64,000 nucleotides of DNA from Candidatus Hodarchaeota archaeon (GTDB lineage: Archaea > Asgardarchaeota > Heimdallarchaeia > Hodarchaeales > Hodarchaeaceae). Position 1 is the first letter of the stretch, and the number at the start of each line of letters is the position of its first letter. The notes under the pieces are model-generated. The model did not search any database. It saw only the letters and a list, made by a program, of their open reading frames with translations, and had not been told where the DNA came from. The position numbers and the translations under genes were made by a program. The stretch spans positions 1 to 64,000 of the forward strand of contig JAEOTM010000047.1 of NCBI GenBank assembly GCA_016839815.1, written 5' to 3'. Shown piece after piece: positions 40,864 through 50,723 of the stretch.

Positions 40864-41167
40864 ATTGAGTTACTTTATATATCATATGATCTTCATAGTA
40901 TCTTTGTATAGTCTTGAACAGTATTTCAGATACCTTTTTAAATAGAGTTTCCTTTGAATAACCTACACCTACAATGGAGTTTTTCTCATGGCTGTTAGTT
41001 CGCGCACACCGTCAAAATTTGCTGAAGTTGCCTTTCCATCCCTTATTCCAGTAATTTTAAGCTTATATAAAGCGAAAACTGATATTCAGAACAAGAAGAG
41101 AGACCCTAAATAAGTACTTTTGAGGATTGAGATTAATTTTATTAACTCAATCCCATCACTTGTTCTT

Positions 41168-41779
41168 ATGGCAGATGATATCATAATTAGAGCTTTTGAA
41201 TTCGCATATCAGGCTCATAGTAACACCAAGCGTAAAGGATCGACTAGCCCCTATATTACTCATCCTATGACTGTAGCTACCATACTAATGCGTCATAATC
41301 TTCCTGATGAAATTATCGCGGCATCATTACTTCATGATGTGGTTGAAGATGAAAACATCACCTTTGATGAGATACAAGGACAATTTGGAGAAGAAGTATG
41401 CTTTTATGTAAGGTCAGTAACGGAACCACCTTCTTTGGATAATTCACCAGCTGAAAGAAAAAGATCTTGGAAAACACGAAAACGAGATACAATTAACTCA
41501 TTAATTACTGCAAATAAGAATGTAAAAATGCTTTCATGTGCCGATAAAGTTGCAAACTTGTCTGACATGGAAAGAGATCTTGCCAATCAAGGAGATAAGC
41601 TATGGACTAGATTCAATGCTCCAAAATCAGAACAAAGATGGTATTATCACTCTCTTATGGAGTCCTATATTTCTGAACCGGACAGTCTCAAGGATTCTCC
41701 CCTGTATAAGGAATTTTGTACCCTTGTGGGGAGAATCTTCTTTAAAAATAGAAAGGGGAGAAAGGAAAAATATCATTGA
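41168..41779 (+). CDS. HD-domain small alarmone hydrolase-like (SpoT/Mesh1) protein
   Basis: AH..KRKG..PYITHP, LLHDVVED, ADKVAN. Start revised to ATG 41168. Confidence 0.85.
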   Translation: MADDIIIRAFEFAYQAHSNTKRKGSTSPYITHPMTVATILMRHNLPDEIIAASLLHDVVEDENITFDEIQGQFGEEVCFYVRSVTEPPSLDNSPAERKRSWKTRKRDTINSLITANKNVKMLSCADKVANLSDMERDLANQGDKLWTRFNAPKSEQRWYYHSLMESYISEPDSLKDSPLYKEFCTLVGRIFFKNRKGRKEKYH

Positions 41780-41843
41780 ACAGGTTGTATATAACCCATA
41801 TCTGAATGCATGGAAAAACACCATTAGACGGGTTTAATCGGGC

Positions 41844-43154
41844 TTAAACAGGTTTAATATATCCCCATTTCTGGAGGGCAGCTTTTAATTCTTTATAACT
41901 TTCTGCCTTTTCCTCTAACGTGATTCCATCCCTGATTGCTTCCAACGCTTGGACTGTAGCTTTAGCTCCAGCGTGAGAACCCTCAGGGTGACCATGAATT
42001 CCCCCGCCAACTTGTAAAGCCATGTTAGTTGTCCCATATACCTCCATCACTTCAGGGAGAACACCTGGGTGTAGCCCACCAGAAGCGACTGGCAATGTAC
42101 CCTTCAAATCTCCCCAATTCTGATAAAGATTTCTCTCGGGGTTCTCCTTTACTTCTTTATTGAGAAGCATATCTCTCATATCAAGAACATCTTGTTTAGG
42201 AGAATCAAGTTTGCCTACCACCGTTCCAATATGAATTTGATCTACTCCTATCAATCTCATAAGTTTAGCAAGCATATACATGGAAACGCCATGAGTATAA
42301 TGTTTTGTAAAGGTAGCGTGCATTGCACGATGTGCATGGATTGCCATGTCTAAGTCACCAGCTAAGTTTCTGAGGGTTTGAACAGCTGAAAAACCTGTTG
42401 TAACAACATCAACCATGAAATACCGGAATCCATTATCATGTAATAATTTTACTCTGCGTTCCATTTCGTGAGTTTCTGCAGTAACATTGATAAACGCATC
42501 TTTAATGTCTCCAGTTTCATTCTGAACTTTATCACGAGCTTTTGCCATTTTTACAACACGAGATTCGAATTTGTTCCAAGATTGTGATGTGAGATTCTCA
42601 TCATCTTTAATAGCATCTATTCCACCGCTCCAAACATCTATTGCGACTTGAACATGCTGATCTGTGGTCATGCCAATTTTAGGCTTAGGAACACAAGAAG
42701 TGATGGGACCTACATCTCTTTTAAAAATCCTTTTAATTGCATCCACTCCCATGTGCGGACCCTTGCTTCCTTTAATGTAATCCAAAGGTAAAGTAGTATC
42801 TATAAGGCGTAAATTAAGAACAGCTTTCATTCCGAAGATGTTTCCCGCAATCCCACTCATCAGTTGAGGTACATTATTTAATTCCCACAATTCAAGTGGA
42901 TAAGAGATTTTTACATGATTATCTGTATTCCAAAACGCTCTTGCTCGTTTCTTAAAGATCTCATCATCCAATGTTCCTAATGTTGTCCATGTTCCTATAC
43001 TGGATTCAGAGGCAAGTCTTCCAATGAGATCGTCAACTGAGACTGAATCAGCCTTATCAAAGTAGAAAAGGGAGACAAGTTCATCATCCCTTGGTGTATG
43101 TTCTCTATCAATGAAGTCATGATACCATTCAATTTTTTCTTTGTCCTTAGTCAA
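41844..43154 (-). CDS. rbcL: Ribulose-1,5-bisphosphate carboxylase, form III-like
   Basis: ESSIGTWT, KPKIG, KDDENL, HAHRAMH, SGGLHP, GGGIHGHP. GGAGG ribosome-binding site before TTG. Confidence 0.92.
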   Translation of the reverse strand: MTKDKEKIEWYHDFIDREHTPRDDELVSLFYFDKADSVSVDDLIGRLASESSIGTWTTLGTLDDEIFKKRARAFWNTDNHVKISYPLELWELNNVPQLMSGIAGNIFGMKAVLNLRLIDTTLPLDYIKGSKGPHMGVDAIKRIFKRDVGPITSCVPKPKIGMTTDQHVQVAIDVWSGGIDAIKDDENLTSQSWNKFESRVVKMAKARDKVQNETGDIKDAFINVTAETHEMERRVKLLHDNGFRYFMVDVVTTGFSAVQTLRNLAGDLDMAIHAHRAMHATFTKHYTHGVSMYMLAKLMRLIGVDQIHIGTVVGKLDSPKQDVLDMRDMLLNKEVKENPERNLYQNWGDLKGTLPVASGGLHPGVLPEVMEVYGTTNMALQVGGGIHGHPEGSHAGAKATVQALEAIRDGITLEEKAESYKELKAALQKWGYIKPV

Positions 43155-43343
43155 TTTAATTCCTCCATACGGGAAAATAATTTCTTATAATAAGTTGTAA
43201 ACAATTTATTAGTTACCAAAACGAGTCTTGGTATGATTAATACGCATTCTGATACTACTTTCAATCAATGATGATTTCATTTGCCCTTCTAGATGTTATA
43301 AAAAATTCACTTTTAGCTGAGATACCTTTCTTTTCAATACCCC

Positions 43344-44387
43344 TTAAGGAGTATCATGATAGAGAACTTGATATTGAGTTTCAGAGATTTTGTTAAAGTT
43401 TTGAGCAATGGGAAAACATAATTGGGTTTCCTGCCTGGTCATTACTGGAAAATTATAATTTTCATTTATATATTTCAATTTTCCAACATTTGCTTCTCTA
43501 AGTTTTACAAAATTGAGATGGTTTTCAATTCGTTCATTAATACGACTTTGTGATAGTTTAACAACCTCTTCCATTCTACTAACGATTGTGTCCTTGAAGT
43601 TCTCATCTATTTCAATTCCAATACTATTCCTCCCGCTAGCCATTGCTGCTATCATCGTGGTACCAGTACCTAGGAATGGGTCTAGTACGGTATCAGTAAG
43701 TACTGAAAACATATTGATTAAGCGATATGCTAATTCAAAAGGAAAAGCTGCACTTCGATCTCTGGTAGGGGTGTTCTTTAGAATTTGACTTACTCCCTTT
43801 AAATCCCACGTATCTGAAAACCATTTGTTTCTTTCTTCCCAAAAAAAGGCACTTTTTCGTCGAATAAGTTTCTCTGATTCGGTTTTAAATTCACGTTTCC
43901 CTCCTTTCCTAAAGATTAGTATGTATTCATGTTCTAAAGTAACGTAAGCTCCAGGAGGAAGCATTCCAGAACCCATGAATTTATTAGGAGCATTAGTCGG
44001 CTTCTTCCATAAGATACAGGGAAGTACATTGAAACCCAGTCTAGAACAATAATCGACAATCCTTGTATGATTTGGATAAAGCCGAAAATCCTTACCGATA
44101 GTTCGAACTGCATCCCCAATGTTGATACAAGCAATTCCTCCTGGTATTAGGACACGATGGACTTCTTCCCATATTTTATCTAGTTCTTTATGCATTAATT
44201 CAAACGCTAACAACCCATTACTATTTGATAAAGCCGTTCCAATCTCAGAATTTAATTCTGTAAATAAAGTATCCCAAAGCTCGATGATAGGGTATACACA
44301 TGAAGTCACAACTAAATCAATACTCAAATTCTCAACCGAATTCATATTCTGAGCATTTTCTAAAACTAAATCATGAGTTGTAAGCAT
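43344..44387 (-). CDS. N4/N6 DNA methyltransferase (beta class) with altered catalytic motif
   Basis: DLVVTSCVYP where SPPY is expected. AAFPFELAYRLI, VLDPFLGTGTT. Confidence 0.82.
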   Translation of the reverse strand: MLTTHDLVLENAQNMNSVENLSIDLVVTSCVYPIIELWDTLFTELNSEIGTALSNSNGLLAFELMHKELDKIWEEVHRVLIPGGIACINIGDAVRTIGKDFRLYPNHTRIVDYCSRLGFNVLPCILWKKPTNAPNKFMGSGMLPPGAYVTLEHEYILIFRKGGKREFKTESEKLIRRKSAFFWEERNKWFSDTWDLKGVSQILKNTPTRDRSAAFPFELAYRLINMFSVLTDTVLDPFLGTGTTMIAAMASGRNSIGIEIDENFKDTIVSRMEEVVKLSQSRINERIENHLNFVKLREANVGKLKYINENYNFPVMTRQETQLCFPIAQNFNKISETQYQVLYHDTP

Positions 44388-44526
44388 AAGACCTTATCAT
44401 CTCAATTTGAATAAAGGAGTTACAATAAATCTAGATATAAACTTATCGTAAAAATACTTAGAGCTGAGTGACTCTAATTCTATCGAGAATCCTTAGGTTA
44501 TCTAGAAAGGGATCTTGGTCATTAAT

Positions 44527-45441
44527 TCACTCAATTTCGACTTCTGAATAATCCTTTAAACTTTCTTCAGAAACATAGGGTTCGAGATGAACAATCATGG
44601 ATGCATTTTGTTCCTGCTTCAGAAGAGAAACTACTTGCTCAGATATCTTATGGCCATCAAGAACAGAAAGAGAAGGATTTACCAGGATGTGCATATCACC
44701 CATATATCCACCTTGGATGGTTCGAGCACGTATTAAATGCACTTCTTTAACTCCTGGAACCCCCAATGCAAGCGAATGAAAAGATTTTAGAATTTCTTCA
44801 GGAGGAGCTTTATCAACGAGAATATTCCAGCCTTCGATAAATATAGATAAACCAGTATATCCTATCAGGGCACAGATGACAATAGCCATTATGGAATCTA
44901 GCATTCCTATCTCAAAAAAGGCAAAGATCATGCTCACTCCGACTAATACTGATGAAAATACATCTGTACGAAAATTCTTAGCATTCGCAATCAATGCAGG
45001 GGAACGTACTCTGTTTCCGATTCCTAGGATGATGTAAGAGATCAGTACTTTAAGGAGTACACTAAAGATTGCTATAATTAATCCTGATATATCAAAAATG
45101 AACTCTTGCTGGGATAGCAATTGATTTAACGCTGTCAGGAAGATTTGAATACTGGAGTAAGTAATCAGTACGAAAATACCGAGGGAAAAGAAAATCTCCA
45201 TCTTTTCATGACCATAAGGATGAGAGGTGTCAGGAGGTCTGTTAGCAACTCTAACCCCTATATATGCAAAAATAGAAGTGATTATATCTAGAAAAGAGTC
45301 AACTCCGTCTGCTAATAGTGCAGTACTCCCAATTACGATTCCAATCATTAATTTAAGTATAGCTAGTATCATATTGACTGATATGGCAAGTACTGTGGCA
45401 ATACGGATAAGTTGTTGGTCAGAATAGTTAGCAAACAACAA
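44527..45441 (-). CDS. Cation diffusion facilitator (FieF-like)
   Basis: ALLADGVDSFLD, HPYGHEK, C-terminal IVHLEP. Confidence 0.9.
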   Translation of the reverse strand: MLFANYSDQQLIRIATVLAISVNMILAILKLMIGIVIGSTALLADGVDSFLDIITSIFAYIGVRVANRPPDTSHPYGHEKMEIFFSLGIFVLITYSSIQIFLTALNQLLSQQEFIFDISGLIIAIFSVLLKVLISYIILGIGNRVRSPALIANAKNFRTDVFSSVLVGVSMIFAFFEIGMLDSIMAIVICALIGYTGLSIFIEGWNILVDKAPPEEILKSFHSLALGVPGVKEVHLIRARTIQGGYMGDMHILVNPSLSVLDGHKISEQVVSLLKQEQNASMIVHLEPYVSEESLKDYSEVEIE

Positions 45442-45652
45442 GAATCACGTAAGTAAGGATTAATTATTACACTTTAAGTGAATCTTGTTTTTCATTATCG
45501 AATAAGTACATCTACTAAAATATGGTAATTATAGATTGTTGTCTTGTTTCAACTAAAGACTAAAAAATCCTTTTGTCTACAGAGCTCATGGATCTTAGGA
45601 GTAGTTTATTATAAGTTCAAACGAATTTTATGATTCCTTTGTCACATCGGCT

Positions 45653-47011
45653 TTGTATTATACCAAAAAAAACTCCCTTAAGATACAATCTCTCTTATTA
45701 GAAGCACCTTCAGCCCTACCATCCACACTGATCACAGATGATGTCCTTCTTGTTTCTAGTTCACCTTCTATAGATTCTACTAGAGGCACCAGCACTTTAT
45801 CCTTAGAAGAAGAGCAAAAACCAGCATCAAAAGTCCAAAAGAAGATAAAAGAACCAGAAATAGACCTAACGCCATTAACAATCCCCCATTTTTATCCTGA
45901 TATTCCTGAATTAGAAGAAATACCCTTAAGACCTAAGAAGAAGGGAAAAAAAAAGAATTCAACGACAAAACAACTTCTCTTAGAGGCTCTAACGAATAGC
46001 AAAAAACAGATTGAGGAAAAATCAAAGAAGAAGGGAAAAAAAAGAGGAAGAAATGCCCCAAAAACCCCTCATCTGACAAAACGCCAAAGAAAGGAAATTG
46101 AACATAAACGTACCATTGATTTAACTAAATTTATCCCTCAGAAATCCGATAAACCAGCACACTCTACTCAAATACAGGGACAGCAAGAATCCACTAGTAA
46201 TACACCAGCATCCTCTCTTTCAAAACCTATAATAAGATCAAATATTCCCGTATTAAATGAGTCAGATCCATTTCCCTTTACTACCTTATCAGAATGGCTT
46301 ATTTGGCACAGCCATTTTCCAGAATTGGCATTTGTTCGTGAAGCTTACGATCTAGATAATGTACCGACAGACTCTGATGAAATATATTGGATAAATGTGA
46401 TGAATGAACCTGAATTCTTTAATTCCAATTGGAAGATGGCTGGTTCAATAATTCATGATATAAATCAAGCAAAAATGCAGGGTCCTCCTAGTGGAACACC
46501 TGATTTCGATATGGATCATGTACTAACAGAGGGATTTTCCACTTTATTTACTGACATTTATCTAATCCTTACTAAGATGCCTCAAGGATTGAAAAATCAA
46601 AGGAACCCCGTACTTCAATTAGCCCTTAAAGGATTATTATTGCTTGATCTTGTATTTATAGACCAAAATAAATGGTATGCTAAGGAATCAGAAGAAGAAT
46701 TAGATCGAAGAGTGAAAGAATTAGATAATTTTATTCTTCAGCAAAACGACATAGAAATCTATGAAAGGAATGTCCATGAGCTTTTAAAATTAGGAGAATG
46801 GAGAAATGGTGTAATTTGCTTTGATCTACTAATTACTAAATCCATTTACTTGTCTACTTTCTCCCAGACACACCTAACAGAGGATTTGAAATTAACTAAC
46901 TTACTTGAGAATCAGATTCAAGTGGAGATAATTCTTGCTCTAGAGAAGGTAAGATCTATGGATCAACTAAAAGTGAGAGGTCTTTCATCTAAATTAAGAG
47001 TTAACGCGTAA
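45653..47011 (+). CDS. Hypothetical protein with Lys-rich disordered N-terminal half
   Basis: 452-aa ORF with no recognisable motif. Start uncertain. Confidence 0.55.
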   Translation: MYYTKKNSLKIQSLLLEAPSALPSTLITDDVLLVSSSPSIDSTRGTSTLSLEEEQKPASKVQKKIKEPEIDLTPLTIPHFYPDIPELEEIPLRPKKKGKKKNSTTKQLLLEALTNSKKQIEEKSKKKGKKRGRNAPKTPHLTKRQRKEIEHKRTIDLTKFIPQKSDKPAHSTQIQGQQESTSNTPASSLSKPIIRSNIPVLNESDPFPFTTLSEWLIWHSHFPELAFVREAYDLDNVPTDSDEIYWINVMNEPEFFNSNWKMAGSIIHDINQAKMQGPPSGTPDFDMDHVLTEGFSTLFTDIYLILTKMPQGLKNQRNPVLQLALKGLLLLDLVFIDQNKWYAKESEEELDRRVKELDNFILQQNDIEIYERNVHELLKLGEWRNGVICFDLLITKSIYLSTFSQTHLTEDLKLTNLLENQIQVEIILALEKVRSMDQLKVRGLSSKLRVNA

Positions 47012-48095
47012 TTTTGAAACCCATAACTGCATCTCTTAATTCTCGTAATTTGGAATTATTCTCGAATGCATCCCTCACTGGTTCAATAAGCTCATTTAGA
47101 TAGTAAGAAACTCCATTTTTTAGATCTGCGGGATGCAGATCTTTCTTCAAGTATGCTTGTTCTAAATCATCATAAGAAGCATATTCTAAATCGCCCCCGA
47201 ATTTTTTAGAGCGTTCGATCTTCATCGTATCGTAGCTCTCAAAGATGAAGTATTTTGTATAATCCAGTATTGGATTATCTTCAACTCCTTCTGGGCAGTA
47301 CGATTTGTTAATCTTCTTCTTTATTTGGGCTTTTGTATCAGTCATAAAGATAGTAGCATCGGGTTTCGATTTTGACATCTTTAAATCCATAACACGATCT
47401 TCTAAAGTATCATAAGACTCCTTTGGAGTATTAAGACCCAAAACCATATGATGAGAAATTACGACAGGTTTGGTATCGTACAATTTAGGACCGACTTCTC
47501 GGGCTAGCATATTTACTTTGCGTTGATCCATACCTAACTGACACACATCCAGCGGGTTACCATTATCCAAGTGGAAAATATCAGCACATTGCATACATGG
47601 ATAAAGAATCTGTGAAGCCTGTAATGCCTCTGATTGACTCCTACCCATAATCTGAGCAGTCCTCAGGATACGTTTTAGCGTAGAGTTTCTAGCAATTTGC
47701 ATAACTTTTTTCCAGTATGAATCGTCTTGTACAAGGTCAGAAGCCCAAATAAAATCTACATTTTTTAAATCCATACCAGTTAAACGCCATACTTCAATCA
47801 AATACTTACCAGTGGTCTGAATGTTGTCCAAATTTCCCCCGAGTTTATTATTGGCCCATGCATGCCAATCAGCCACCAGCATTTTGAAACGAGCGCCTGC
47901 TTTAATCATTTTATTGACATTAGTTGCACGAAGAACACCCTGTGCAATGTGTACTTGGCCAGAAGGTTCGAATCCATCATAAGCTGTAAAGGTTTTCTTT
48001 GCTGTTAGAAGTTCCTCCAATTCCCCTTCTGTTACTATTTCCTCTCCCACAGTTTTTATCAAAGCCATTCTTTCTTTTATATCCATAATACTCAC
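47001..48095 (-). CDS. tyrS: Tyrosine--tRNA ligase (archaeal type)
   Basis: YDGFEPSG, HIAQ, YPCMQCAD, GMDQRK, KMSKS. Confidence 0.95.
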   Translation of the reverse strand: MSIMDIKERMALIKTVGEEIVTEGELEELLTAKKTFTAYDGFEPSGQVHIAQGVLRATNVNKMIKAGARFKMLVADWHAWANNKLGGNLDNIQTTGKYLIEVWRLTGMDLKNVDFIWASDLVQDDSYWKKVMQIARNSTLKRILRTAQIMGRSQSEALQASQILYPCMQCADIFHLDNGNPLDVCQLGMDQRKVNMLAREVGPKLYDTKPVVISHHMVLGLNTPKESYDTLEDRVMDLKMSKSKPDATIFMTDTKAQIKKKINKSYCPEGVEDNPILDYTKYFIFESYDTMKIERSKKFGGDLEYASYDDLEQAYLKKDLHPADLKNGVSYYLNELIEPVRDAFENNSKLRELRDAVMGFKITR

Positions 48096-48169
48096 CAGAA
48101 ATGAGTAGAAAACCTCTACTGAAGTTTATAATAAAAATACTCTAATAATGAATTTTTCTTGATATTAAC

Positions 48170-48931
48170 TTAACGCTTTTCTTGTGTGTCTTTCCATCGG
48201 TTCTCGCTTACTTTTTCTTTCCTATTTCTTAATTTTTTTGCTGGAAGACCGATCCAAACCTCATTGGGAGGAATTTTTTGTCCCTTTATGACTCCTGATT
48301 TAGCTCCGAGGATAGAATTGTCCCCAAATTCGACTCCGCAGGCTACTATACTGTAGGTACCCACCATACAGTTCTTTCCGACTTTAGTGGGACTAACTAC
48401 AATGGAAGTACCTTCATTGGCGTGTCCAGTCACTACTGAATTATATCCGATGAAAGAGTTGTCTCCTATCTCAACCAATCCTGCAGTTTCAATATATGTC
48501 CTTGTAGTAATGTAAACATTTTTACCAACTTTCAACCCATACAATCGCATCAATTGTGGGAATAGGAATATTCCCCATACAAACGGAAGGGCGGTATAAA
48601 CTTTCAACATGGATTTGAAGATCCCATCAGCTGCAATCCTGACAGCAATTAATCGTCCTTGTGATGAATAACGAGGGTAAATTCCTGGCTTGATGAGGAA
48701 AGGGAGCGTTAATCTAACGACAATTTGGGAATGAAACACTCCAAAAAAGAGGACAGTAAATGAATACGCTAAAAACAAATAAAGGGGAGAGAGAAGAAAG
48801 TGTATTAATCCTAAATCAGATGTGGTGACAAGAAAATACACTAACCATCCTTCTGGAAAAAATGAAACAACCAATAGAATACAGGTAAGTGCAAAATACA
48901 GGACAATACGCAAATCATTTACTAATGACAT
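48170..48931 (-). CDS. Membrane-associated hexapeptide-repeat acyltransferase
   Basis: N-terminal TMs, then left-handed beta-helix repeats (VGKNVY, IGDNSFIG, VGKNCMVG) and WIGLPAK. Confidence 0.8.
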   Translation of the reverse strand: MSLVNDLRIVLYFALTCILLVVSFFPEGWLVYFLVTTSDLGLIHFLLSPLYLFLAYSFTVLFFGVFHSQIVVRLTLPFLIKPGIYPRYSSQGRLIAVRIAADGIFKSMLKVYTALPFVWGIFLFPQLMRLYGLKVGKNVYITTRTYIETAGLVEIGDNSFIGYNSVVTGHANEGTSIVVSPTKVGKNCMVGTYSIVACGVEFGDNSILGAKSGVIKGQKIPPNEVWIGLPAKKLRNRKEKVSENRWKDTQEKR

Positions 48932-49037
48932 ACTCGTATGCTTTAGAGAGGTAATTATATCTCTTCAGATATTTCACTCAACATCTACTTTTTAAGCGAA
49001 ATCATTCTACATGATTCATTATTCTTATTAGAGATGA

Positions 49038-50723
49038 TTGATGATGAAACTGCAAACGATTTTTCTGGAACTCGTATTAATTCTCAGTCTTTGTTCAATA
49101 GTATCAACAAATGCCTTTAACAGGACTTATGTCAGTTCTATCCAAGTTCAGGGAAAAAATTTTTCTTCAACTACCTCAGCAATAGATGAAATCGAATTAA
49201 AATATCCAACAGGATATCACAACTTGTCTCAAGTCTATGAAGAGTTAGAACATTTCAACAATTCAGCAGAAAAATTCATCAATTATACTAATATCGGGTT
49301 GTCATATAGAGAAAATCCCATTCCATTAATTACGTTAACTAATGAAAAAATACCAAGCTATTCCAAAGGAAAGACATTTATCGTTGCACACCATCATGCT
49401 CGAGAATTTTGTACTATTGAACACGTTTTAAGAATGATCCGAGATTTACTAAATGAATATGGATCGGATAAATCGACAACCTTTCTTTTAGATCATTTTA
49501 TTGTCTATATTATTGTCACATTGAATCCTGATGCATTGAACATTGCATTATATGAGAATGCTTATCAAAGAAAGACTACTCAACCCATTGATGAAGATGA
49601 AGATGGATTATTTGATGAGGATCCCCCCGAGGATGTTGATGGTGATGGTCGAATAAGTGAATATGTAACAGCCCGTAAAGGGGAATGGGATTGGGATAGA
49701 TCGTTTGAAGGGATAGATAATGATAATGATTCTTTAATCAATGAAGACCGTATTGGTGGAGTTGATCTCAATCGGAATTATCCATTTCATTGGAATGATA
49801 ATACTACCGATAGTGGTTGGGGAAACGATTCATCTTCATTCACTTTTCCAGGTTACAGCCCTCTTTCTGAACCAGAATCACTCGCATTAACCACTTTTGT
49901 TGCCAAACACAATTTTACCCAATCTCTTAGCCTTCATTCAGGGACAAATACTTCATTATTAGGTTGGTCTTACACCAATGCTTCCCAAGCAGAAGCTTCA
50001 CTCTATACAAATATATTGTATTTCCTAGAACTACAAGAATTACTTCCAGATAGTTTTTTTTCTAAAGAAAACGAGCTAGACTATTCTACAGCAGGTGAAT
50101 GGGGGGATTGGATGTACACTACACAGAAATCTATTCCGATGACTTTAGAGATATATCATATGGCTGGAAGCGAACAGTGGTATTTTTATGAAGAAAATTC
50201 TACACATGAGACTTGGACTCGTAATACTATCTGCGAATACTTTAATCCTCCTGCCGAGAAACTCGATTCCCTTCACCAAGATCTAATGCCATTTGAAAAA
50301 TATTGGATTAGTTTGACTCCTTCTATTGAATTTGAGGGATTTAGAAACGGGAGTATTTCAAAGGATATCTATCAAATAGGTATTATAGTAGCCACTGGAT
50401 CGCAATTTTTCAATACAACTGACAATCCTCGTATTATTGTATCTCCTTCACATTCTGATATCATAACGGATTATCCTCAAACAATACCCACTTTGCTCAG
50501 GAATTCTGATACTAATGTGAATATCCAATTAATTAAAAACATTCCACCAGGATTCTTTTTCGATCTAAATGTTACTTCTGAATGGGCAAGTGACCTTTAT
50601 TTACGAGTTTATGTTAATGCTTCCCAAATAAAGAGTACTCAAGGAATAAACTACATCTTTGTCATAACTGGAATCGTTGTCGCTAACGTGCTACTAAAAA
50701 AGAAAAGAAAACTACAATATTGA
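49038..50723 (+). CDS. Secreted, anchored M14 zinc carboxypeptidase with Ca-binding Asp-rich insert
   Basis: HHARE, NPD, DLNRNY, SEPE, LHS, LEI. DxDxDG-type repeats. C-terminal TM + KKKRK. Confidence 0.87.
   Translation: MMMKLQTIFLELVLILSLCSIVSTNAFNRTYVSSIQVQGKNFSSTTSAIDEIELKYPTGYHNLSQVYEELEHFNNSAEKFINYTNIGLSYRENPIPLITLTNEKIPSYSKGKTFIVAHHHAREFCTIEHVLRMIRDLLNEYGSDKSTTFLLDHFIVYIIVTLNPDALNIALYENAYQRKTTQPIDEDEDGLFDEDPPEDVDGDGRISEYVTARKGEWDWDRSFEGIDNDNDSLINEDRIGGVDLNRNYPFHWNDNTTDSGWGNDSSSFTFPGYSPLSEPESLALTTFVAKHNFTQSLSLHSGTNTSLLGWSYTNASQAEASLYTNILYFLELQELLPDSFFSKENELDYSTAGEWGDWMYTTQKSIPMTLEIYHMAGSEQWYFYEENSTHETWTRNTICEYFNPPAEKLDSLHQDLMPFEKYWISLTPSIEFEGFRNGSISKDIYQIGIIVATGSQFFNTTDNPRIIVSPSHSDIITDYPQTIPTLLRNSDTNVNIQLIKNIPPGFFFDLNVTSEWASDLYLRVYVNASQIKSTQGINYIFVITGIVVANVLLKKKRKLQY

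Noticed and set aside
45071-45093. GATATATC box at 45086
   Set aside because: Inside the CDF coding sequence with only a weak partner box; probably chance.
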